This document shows, piece after piece, positions 56,886-64,000 of a stretch of 64,000 nucleotides of DNA (its first letter is position 1; each line of letters begins with the position of its first letter). A program made the position numbers and the translations under genes. Origin of the DNA: Clostridiales bacterium (GTDB lineage Bacteria > Bacillota > Clostridia > Oscillospirales > Oscillospiraceae); NCBI GenBank assembly GCA_029265975.1, contig JAJUGN010000004.1, positions 9,041 through 73,040 on the forward strand, given 5' to 3'. The notes beneath the pieces are model-generated. The model was not told where the DNA came from. It searched no databases and worked only from the letters and a program-made list of their open reading frames with translations.

Positions 56886-58397
56886 ATGCTGACAAAAGTA
56901 AAAGTTGAAAACGGCCTTGTGGAAGGCCTGCCCGCCGCCGACCCCAGAATTACCTCCTTCAAGGGAATCCCCTTCGCGGCTCCTCCCACGGGCGAAAACC
57001 GATGGAGGGCGCCGCAGCCGGCCAAAAACTGGGAGGGGGTGCTGAAAGCGTACAAGTTCGGACCTATTTCCATGCAGCACAAGCCGGGAGAAGACCCGGA
57101 CAACATCTATTCGCGTGAATGGAACGTAAACCCGGAAATAGAGATGGACGAGGATTCGCTGCACCTCAACGTATGGACTCCGGCAAAAAGCGCGGACGAA
57201 AGGCTGCCGGTATTCGTATGGTACTTCGGAGGGGGGCTTCAGGAGGGCAACACGGCTGAAATGGAGTTCGACGGCGAACGCATAGCGAGGCGCGGAATAG
57301 TGGTGGTAACGGTCAATTACAGGCTGAACGTTTTCGGATTTCTCTGCCATCCCGAGATAAGCGCCGAAAATCCCGAGGCGCCGGCCAATTTCGGAAACCT
57401 TGACCAGCAGTTCGCCACGCGCTGGGTAAAGCGGAATATAGCGGCGTTCGGCGGCGACCCCGAGAATATAACGATAGGCGGTCAGTCGGCGGGTGGCGGA
57501 AGCGTGATGTCCCAGGTCATGTGCCTGAATAACGAGGGGCTGTTTCAGAAGGCCATAGTTGACAGCGGAGTATCAAGGGCGGCTTATCCGGGGAGCATGT
57601 TCCGCCCGCCTAAGACACTGGCGCAGGCAGAGGAGGAAGGGGTCAGGTTCTTCGAGTATCTGGGCGTTTCATCCCTGGCCGAGGCGCGGGCGCTTGACGC
57701 GTTTTACATAAGGGACAAGGCGATAGAATACAAGGGGCGCTGGGGCACCGTTTCGGACTGCAAATTCAACTTCGGAAACAACAACGAGCTCTTTATTGAA
57801 AATAAGTGCATCCGGATACCTATGATGTTCGGGCATACGCCGGTCGAGTTTCTCGAAAGGCCGAACGTAAATACGGCCGAGGAATTCAGGGCGTTTGCAA
57901 GGGAAAATTACGGCGAATACGCGGACGAGTTCCTGAGGATATGCTCATCCTCAAACGGAGCCGTAACCGAAATGCTTTATAAAGCAACAAGCAGCATTCT
58001 GGAGCATTCCATACGTCTTTTCGCGAGGGCCAGGGCGAAAACGGGCAACGATACGCCGCTTTATTACTGGGTGTTCCAGCCGGAGATACCTGGATGGGAC
58101 AATCCGGGCGCTTTCCACTCCTCGGACCTCTGGTTTTTCTTCGAGACGCTCGCGAAATGCTGGCGGCCCTTTGTGGGGAAACATTACGACCTGGCGCGGC
58201 AGATGTGTAATTACTGGGCGAACTTTATACGTTCGGGCGATCCCAACGGCAAAGACGCGGACGGCAGCGAAATGCCGTTCTGGAAGCCGTTCACGGAGGC
58301 GGAGCCTTACAGGATGTGGTTTAAGGACAAAGCCTTCCCGAGCGTCGATCCTCCGAGCGAGCTGATGAAATTCCTTCTTGACAGAAACTCAAAATAA
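56886..58397 (+). CDS. Type-B carboxylesterase/lipase (PnbA-like)
   Basis: FKGIPFAAPP, GGQSAGG nucleophile elbow, about 500 aa. Confidence 0.9.
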   Translation: MLTKVKVENGLVEGLPAADPRITSFKGIPFAAPPTGENRWRAPQPAKNWEGVLKAYKFGPISMQHKPGEDPDNIYSREWNVNPEIEMDEDSLHLNVWTPAKSADERLPVFVWYFGGGLQEGNTAEMEFDGERIARRGIVVVTVNYRLNVFGFLCHPEISAENPEAPANFGNLDQQFATRWVKRNIAAFGGDPENITIGGQSAGGGSVMSQVMCLNNEGLFQKAIVDSGVSRAAYPGSMFRPPKTLAQAEEEGVRFFEYLGVSSLAEARALDAFYIRDKAIEYKGRWGTVSDCKFNFGNNNELFIENKCIRIPMMFGHTPVEFLERPNVNTAEEFRAFARENYGEYADEFLRICSSSNGAVTEMLYKATSSILEHSIRLFARARAKTGNDTPLYYWVFQPEIPGWDNPGAFHSSDLWFFFETLAKCWRPFVGKHYDLARQMCNYWANFIRSGDPNGKDADGSEMPFWKPFTEAEPYRMWFKDKAFPSVDPPSELMKFLLDRNSK

Positions 58398-58401
58398 AGC
58401 C

Positions 58402-58648
58402 GGGGACCGCCTTTTTGGGCGGTCCCCGCAGCTTGTCAAAAAACTTGTTTACAGCAGAAAAGCTTCGCAGAATTTCCGCCGCGACCGGCGGAAACAAACA
58501 CAAATCTGTCATTTCCGGCGGCGTTTACGTCGGAAATGACACCTCTCATGACGGGCGCGGCATAGCGGCCGTAATGCAGCCCCCTTGTCAAAAAAGCCCT
58601 TTGGGCTTTTTTGACAGTCTTAGGGGACCGCCTTTTTGGGCGGTCCCC
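58402..58648 (+). mobile_element. Hairpin-duplicating structured element, copy 4 (195-nt unit 58428-58622 plus 26-bp flanking direct repeats)
   Basis: GGGGACCGCCTTTTTGGGCGGTCCCC at 58402-58427 and 58623-58648. The unit is colinear with copies 1 and 3. Confidence 0.75.
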
Positions 58649-58709
58649 TAAATCATTGCGCTGCGCGGAACCGAAGCGGAACGCGGCAGAAAGGCGCGCC
58701 GGGCTCCGG

Positions 58710-59405
58710 CTATTGCCGTCCGCCCCTTTTCCTTTCCTCGGACTTTATTTTCTTGCCGAAAATAATCCCGCGCTCAATCTTCATCACATATTTTATTATC
58801 TCGTCCTGCTGACGGCCGTCGATGTTTACGAATGCCAGGCGGCAGGTGTAGTTGTTTTTCGTATTTCCGGAGGACTCGGAGGAGAGCACGATGCCCTCGA
58901 CGGTAAGGAAGGCGTTTTCAAAAGAAAGGCGGCATAAGATGTGCTCGTTGACATAGAGCGGCTCGTCTGTCGTAAAGCAAATGCCTTTGCCGCTGATGTT
59001 TTTCGTAACGGCCCTGAAAACAGGCGGATTTTCCGCACTGTCGGGATCGTCCGGAGTCTGCATTAAAGTATATGAAAAGGGCAGGGTCACGTTCACCCTG
59101 TAATACTCGCGGCGCTGTATCTGTTCAAACTCGCCGACCTTTATTTTCATTAAGGTCACTCTGTCCTGCGTCAGGTATTCGGTTATTACGCCGTTTGCCT
59201 GAAGCAAGCCGTTTTGAGTGTAGAAAACAAAAACGTATTCCTTGTATATGGGGAAATTGATAACCTGGCCCTTGAAAATAGGAGCCTCGATAAGGAAGTT
59301 GTGCTCGTCCAGCACTTCTCCGACGCGGCTTGGGTATGAATGATTCGCGCGAAAGCCGGTCTTGGTGCTGACCGTCAGCTTGTCCCCCAGCTCTATCAAA
59401 GGCAT
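58710..59405 (-). CDS. PilZ-domain c-di-GMP receptor (YcgR-like two-domain protein)
   Basis: QRREYYR (RxxxR) and KNISGKG (D/NxSxxG) motifs in the C-terminal half. Confidence 0.8.
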   Translation of the reverse strand: MPLIELGDKLTVSTKTGFRANHSYPSRVGEVLDEHNFLIEAPIFKGQVINFPIYKEYVFVFYTQNGLLQANGVITEYLTQDRVTLMKIKVGEFEQIQRREYYRVNVTLPFSYTLMQTPDDPDSAENPPVFRAVTKNISGKGICFTTDEPLYVNEHILCRLSFENAFLTVEGIVLSSESSGNTKNNYTCRLAFVNIDGRQQDEIIKYVMKIERGIIFGKKIKSEERKRGGRQ

Positions 59406-59571
59406 GTCGCTCCCCCTCTGCAAGAGAATATACGATAAAGAAAAAGGTTTGACGCAAAAACGCACGCAGTATTCCGCTGTATTTATCGGATGTTTTTCTC
59501 AATTAATTAATATTTATAAGAATTTTCGTCAAATACTGCATAAATATTTCACACTACGGGGGACTTTCGGA

Positions 59572-60456
59572 TTACCTCTCTCCGTATACCCTGTATCTGC
59601 CGCCGCCCTCCTTTTTTGCCCGGTACATCGCCTCGTCGGCCTTCTTGATAAGCTCATTGATTCCTTCGCCGTTTTCGTGCATGGCAACGCCGATGCTCAA
59701 ACTCAGCGGCACCGACTGCTGACCGATCTGGAACGGCTGCAGCGAGGAAAGAATTCTCCCCGCGATCGTTTCCGCATCCCGGAGCCCGGTGTTGGGAAGG
59801 ACAGCCAGAAATTCGTCTCCGCCGTACCTTCCCGCTATGTCGGTTTTCCTTACGGCGGCCAAAAGCGTCCGCGCCACGCGGGCCAGAACTTTGTCTCCGG
59901 CGTCATGCCCGTAAAGATCGTTTATCAGCTTGAAGCGGTCTATGTCCATCATGAAGACGGCGAGGCCAAGCTTCTCCCGGCGCGCCTTGTCGAATTCGTA
60001 ATCGAGTCTGTAATCAAGGTAGTTCCGGTTATAAATTCCGGTTGTCTTGTCATAATGGGCCATTTCGGTCAGCTTTCGGCCCTCCACCCTGTCGGTAACG
60101 TCCACGCAGCTTCCGATATAGCCGCAGAATTCGCCCCTGTCATTGTAAAAGGGGACTCCTCTGTCGCTGATCCAGCGGGACTGGCCGTCAAAACGCTTAA
60201 GGCGGTACTCCATCTCGAAAGGCTCGCGTTTTTCAAAAGCCTCCAGATAGGTCTTGAGGCAGGCGTCATAGTCGTCCGGGTGAACGCCCTCGGCCCAGCC
60301 GCTGCCCAGCTCCTGCTCCAGAGTCTTACCGGTAAATTTAAGCCATGTTTCGTTGAAGTAATTGCAGTTCGCGTCTGTTCCGGCGCGCCAGATCATATTG
60401 GGTGAAGATTCCACAATCGCCTTGTACTCCGAATAGCTCAGGTCCATCATATACAC
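59572..60456 (-). CDS. PAS-GGDEF diguanylate cyclase
   Basis: N-terminal PAS-like region and RYGGDEFLAV active-site motif. Confidence 0.9.
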   Translation of the reverse strand: MYMMDLSYSEYKAIVESSPNMIWRAGTDANCNYFNETWLKFTGKTLEQELGSGWAEGVHPDDYDACLKTYLEAFEKREPFEMEYRLKRFDGQSRWISDRGVPFYNDRGEFCGYIGSCVDVTDRVEGRKLTEMAHYDKTTGIYNRNYLDYRLDYEFDKARREKLGLAVFMMDIDRFKLINDLYGHDAGDKVLARVARTLLAAVRKTDIAGRYGGDEFLAVLPNTGLRDAETIAGRILSSLQPFQIGQQSVPLSLSIGVAMHENGEGINELIKKADEAMYRAKKEGGGRYRVYGER

Positions 60457-60516
60457 TCCTTATACAAACAAGTCCGGCTTGCGATTCGGGAAAACAAGGA
60501 CTTAGGCGAAATCGTC

Positions 60517-61326
60517 TCAGCTCAACAGAAGAAGGCTGAGCGCCATCGTCGCCATGCCGCCGACAAGGCCGTAAATTGAAAGGTGGGGGTTTCCGTATTC
60601 TCTCGAGGCGGGGAGGAGCTCATCAAGGCTTATATAGACCATTATTCCGGCGACCGAAGCGAAAATAAAACCGAACACAGCCTCGCTGAAAAAGCTGCGC
60701 AGAAGAAGAAAACCTATAAAGGCGCCGACGGGCTCGGAAAGGCCGGACAAAAAGGACAGCCTGAAAGCCTTCCGTCTGCTTCCCGTGGCGTAGAACACGG
60801 GAACCGCGACCGCAATGCCCTCGGGTATGTTGTGTATGGCGATGGCTACGGCAATAGAAATGCCGAGCTTCGGATCGCTGAAAGCGGCCGTGAAAGTGGC
60901 AAGACCCTCCGGGAAATTATGTATCCCGATGGCGAGCGCTGAGAAAAGGCCCATTCTCATAAGGTTGGACCTGTGCTCCTCGCTTTTGCCGTCCATCTCC
61001 TCCACGGTGTGAACCTCGTGGGGGTTTTCGGCGGAAGGAACAAGTCTGTCGATCACGGCTATCAGGAGCATGCCGAAAAAGAAGCCGCCCGCGCAAGCCC
61101 ACGATCCCGAACCGTATCCCAGGGCGGATACCAGAGAGGCTTTCGCCTTTGCAAGTATCTCGACAAAAGAAACATAGATCATCACTCCGGCGGAAAAGCC
61201 GAGGGATAAGGAGAGGAAGCCCTTGTTTGTTTTTTTGGTGAGAAAGGCGAGCGCGCTGCCTATTCCGGTTGACAGCCCCGCCAGGAGGGTGAGCGCAAAA
61301 GCCGTCAGAACCCTTGAACAATCCAT
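60517..61326 (-). CDS. zupT: ZIP-family zinc transporter ZupT
   Basis: 269 aa polytopic protein with the HNFPEGLA / HNIPEGIAV motif pair. Confidence 0.9.
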   Translation of the reverse strand: MDCSRVLTAFALTLLAGLSTGIGSALAFLTKKTNKGFLSLSLGFSAGVMIYVSFVEILAKAKASLVSALGYGSGSWACAGGFFFGMLLIAVIDRLVPSAENPHEVHTVEEMDGKSEEHRSNLMRMGLFSALAIGIHNFPEGLATFTAAFSDPKLGISIAVAIAIHNIPEGIAVAVPVFYATGSRRKAFRLSFLSGLSEPVGAFIGFLLLRSFFSEAVFGFIFASVAGIMVYISLDELLPASREYGNPHLSIYGLVGGMATMALSLLLLS

Positions 61327-61504
61327 TGAATTGCCTCCCTTGTATGCAGCGTTTTTCGCGTTATCTGCGCCGCCCGTGACAGAGGCGTTCCTTAAGAAGC
61401 CTTTGAAATTTTATCAATTATACCATGTTTCGACAGAAATTCCTAGTATCTTCGAAGGAAAAAAAGGAAGGTTTAAATTAAATCAAGGCAAAATAAGGGC
61501 ATTT

Positions 61505-64000
61505 TCACGGCCTCTTTGAGCGAATGCGGTTGAAAAGCTTCACTATCTCATACCACAGCACGGCTAGAGCCGCGATGCCCGCGGCGGCAAGCAGATCCGG
61601 AGCGGGGAGAGGAGCGAGCTTAAGAAAGCCCGACAGCGGCGTATACAGAATGAGGCCCAGAGCAAGCAGCGTGCCGATGTTCACAACCCACATTACCGGG
61701 TCTTTCATAAGGCGTGAGGCGGACAGAAGCACAAAGTCGCGGTTTGAGCTGTTCACCTGGACGAGAAACAGGTTTGAAAACATGATGACCGCAAGACCCA
61801 TGGCGCGTGCGGCAGGCGCGTTCGCCGGATTGCCGGCAAGGACTGCAAAATATGTACCGAAGGAAGCCGCGAAAACGCAAAGCCCCTGAACAACGCTTTT
61901 CAGCAGCGTCCGGCCGTCCAGCAGCTTCGCCTTCGGGTCGCGCGGCCTGCGCGTCATGATGTCGGTTTCGGGCGGCTGACGCTCCAGCACGATGGAGCAG
62001 GTCGGGTCGATTATAAGTTCGAGCAGAACGACATGCAGCGGCAGAAGCATAAGAGCGTCCGGCGCCACGCCCATCAGGGGTGCAAGCAGCGACGAAAGCG
62101 CGATAGGTATATGGATTGTAAAGACATAACCGACCGCCTTCCGGATGTTGTCATAGATCCTCCGGCCGTCCTTAACCGTTTCAACGATTGTCGTGAAGTT
62201 GTCGTCCATTAGTATGAGATCGGCGGCTTCCCTTGAAACCTCGCTTCCGCGATTGCCCATGGCTATGCCTATGTCGGCGTACTTGAGGGCCGGGGCGTCG
62301 TTTACCCCGTCGCCTGTCATGGCGACGATTTCGCCGTTTTCCTTAAAGGCCTTTACGATCCTCATTTTGTGTTCCGGAATGACGCGCGAGAAAATCGACA
62401 CCGTCTTGACAGCTTCGCGAAGCTCTTCATCGGACATTTTTTCCAGCATATCGCCCGTAATTATGTTTTCTCCGTGCTCCATGCCGATTTTCCGGGCTAT
62501 TGCGGATGCGGTTATCCCGTTGTCGCCGGTGATCATGACTACTCGGATGCCGGCCCGGCGGCACGCCTCGATGTCCGCCTTGACGTTTTCCCTGGGCGGG
62601 TCGGCAAGGCCGACAAGGCCGCGGAGCTTCAGCCTGCATTCAGCTATTCCCGGCGGGATGTCGTTTTCCGACGCGGGCGCCGAGGCGGCCACAGCGATAA
62701 CCCGCAGGCCCTCCTCCGACATTTCGGCTACCTTGCGCTCCGCGGTTTCCCTGTCCCGGTCGTTCAGCTCGCAGATTCTCAAAATGCTTTCCGGCGAGCC
62801 CTTGGCGGCGATCACAATCCCGCCGTTCCTGCGCCAGACGTGTCCCATCATCTTAAGCTCGTTTGTAAAAGCGTATTCTCCGATAAGCTCGCCTCCGAAC
62901 AGAAGCTCCCTGGACATCCCGCGCATGCCGCAATAGTCGAGCATGGCCTTTTCCATCGGGTCATAGGCATTTGTCTCGCAGCCCAGCCCCATTGTTTCGA
63001 TGAGTGAGTGTTCGTCCCCGTCCGGCGCCCAGATTTCCCGAACCGTCATCTGATTCATTGTGATCGTGCCGGTCTTGTCAACGCACAGCACCGAGACGGA
63101 GCCGAGAGTCTCAACGGAAGGCAGCCTGCGGACGAGCGACCGCTTTTTGGCAAGACGCCAGGCGCCCATTGAAAGGAAAACCGTCAATATGACGGGAAAT
63201 TCCTCAGGAATCATCGCCATAGCGAGTGTGATGCCGGAGAGGACGCTTTCTATCAGACGTTCGGAAAACCCGTGATCGGGTATGTTGAAATAGGTGACCG
63301 CGCCTACCAGAACAAACAGCACGGCCGCAATGCCTGCGCACGCTTTGACCAGCTTGCCAGTCTGCTCCTGCAAAGGCGTCGGAATATCAGGGGCGGAAGC
63401 GACGCTCGCCCCGATTTTGCCGTACTCGGTGGCGTCTCCGGTTTTTTCGACCAAAACGGAGGCCGTCCCCTGCGTCACGAGAGTGCCGGCATAGCAATAG
63501 TCCTTGCGCCAGTAATCGCCGGACGGCTCCGCGTCCATGATTGCGACCTTCCACACTCCCTCGGCCTCGCCGGTGAGCGAAGACTCCTCCACGCAGAGAT
63601 CGCTGCAGCGGACGACTACGCCGTCGGCGGGGATTTTTACGCCCTCGCATATGAGCATCAGGTCTCCCGGCACAAGCTCGGCGCTGGGGATCACCGTTTC
63701 TTTTCCGTCACGGATAACCGAGATATGCGGCGCGGACAAATCTTTAAGCGCGCTCAGCGTTTTGTCGGTTTTCCACTCCTGGATAAGGTCGATGCTGATG
63801 ATGCCGATAACGAAAACGAGCATGATTGCCCCGTCCCTCGGCTCGCCGAGAATAAAATAAATGACCGCAGCGACAATCAGCAGAAGGAACATCGGCTCGC
63901 ATACAATGTGGATTGCTTTTCGAAAAAAGCTCTCCTTTTTCTGCGGCGCAAGCTCGTTCCTGCCGTATTGCTGCTGCAATCTTTTCACCTCGTCGGAGCT
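61505..64000 (-). CDS. P-type cation-transporting ATPase (Ca2+/P2-type like), N-terminus outside window
   Basis: DKTGTIT, MITGDN, and GDGVNDAPAL motifs. The frame stays open beyond 63988 (SSDEVKRLQQQYGRNEL). Confidence 0.9.
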   Translation of the reverse strand, partial: SSDEVKRLQQQYGRNELAPQKKESFFRKAIHIVCEPMFLLLIVAAVIYFILGEPRDGAIMLVFVIGIISIDLIQEWKTDKTLSALKDLSAPHISVIRDGKETVIPSAELVPGDLMLICEGVKIPADGVVVRCSDLCVEESSLTGEAEGVWKVAIMDAEPSGDYWRKDYCYAGTLVTQGTASVLVEKTGDATEYGKIGASVASAPDIPTPLQEQTGKLVKACAGIAAVLFVLVGAVTYFNIPDHGFSERLIESVLSGITLAMAMIPEEFPVILTVFLSMGAWRLAKKRSLVRRLPSVETLGSVSVLCVDKTGTITMNQMTVREIWAPDGDEHSLIETMGLGCETNAYDPMEKAMLDYCGMRGMSRELLFGGELIGEYAFTNELKMMGHVWRRNGGIVIAAKGSPESILRICELNDRDRETAERKVAEMSEEGLRVIAVAASAPASENDIPPGIAECRLKLRGLVGLADPPRENVKADIEACRRAGIRVVMITGDNGITASAIARKIGMEHGENIITGDMLEKMSDEELREAVKTVSIFSRVIPEHKMRIVKAFKENGEIVAMTGDGVNDAPALKYADIGIAMGNRGSEVSREAADLILMDDNFTTIVETVKDGRRIYDNIRKAVGYVFTIHIPIALSSLLAPLMGVAPDALMLLPLHVVLLELIIDPTCSIVLERQPPETDIMTRRPRDPKAKLLDGRTLLKSVVQGLCVFAASFGTYFAVLAGNPANAPAARAMGLAVIMFSNLFLVQVNSSNRDFVLLSASRLMKDPVMWVVNIGTLLALGLILYTPLSGFLKLAPLPAPDLLAAAGIAALAVLWYEIVKLFNRIRSKRP

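Noticed and set aside
29099-58648. Possibility that the four repeated units form a CRISPR array or tandem repeat
   Set aside because: The units are ~190 nt, lie kilobases apart in unrelated intergenic regions, and each is flanked by a locus-specific duplication. They are dispersed elements, not an array.
59362-60405. 347-aa plus-strand ORF
   Set aside because: It is antisense to the PAS-GGDEF gene and the promoter region of the PilZ gene, with no motifs.

Overview
This is a visibly GC-rich chromosomal segment. Gene content (DnaD/DnaI helicase-loader pair, ytfI/ytfJ sporulation genes, maf-mreC-mreD-PBP2-minD, lepA, hemW) suggests a spore-forming Clostridia-type Firmicute; that is inference only. 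All product calls come from motif recognition in the supplied translations, and no database search was run.

Most of the window is housekeeping:
- lepA, hisS, aspS, metG and secG
- class II RNR nrdJ
- tRNA-Arg(CCG)
- cell-shape and division genes
- transporters corA, zupT and a P-type ATPase

Four things stand out.

1. A family of ~190-nt structured elements bounded by terminal inverted repeats occurs four times in the same orientation (about 29.1, 46.1, 56.5 and 58.4 kb). Each copy sits between two direct copies of a complete, locus-specific hairpin of 24-36 bp, usually an intrinsic terminator. This looks like a non-autonomous mobile or RNA element that targets stem-loops by shape and duplicates the whole hairpin. 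No mobilising enzyme is in the window.

2. An accessory catabolic-looking locus spans 11.7-25.2 kb. It has two convergent paralogous glycyl radical enzymes whose Cys loop reads Cys-x-Asp, and no activase is nearby. It also carries an MmgE/PrpD-family protein, a family-5 (peptide/opine-type) ABC importer and a divergent LacI regulator with a perfect palindromic operator candidate.

3. Three c-di-GMP-I (GEMM-I) riboswitch-like aptamers lie at 42.67-43.26 kb. One is an orphan unit ending at a strong terminator. The other two are a near-identical tandem pair, each with its own terminator, upstream of a coiled-coil DivIVA-like protein. A PAS-GGDEF cyclase and a PilZ protein lie elsewhere in the window.

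4. A cobalamin riboswitch with a terminator platform controls cbiMNQO-cbiX. There are also NrdR boxes at nrdJ and a duplicated tRNA-Arg 3' end (att-like scar).

No CRISPR array, transposase, integrase or recognisable defence system was seen.
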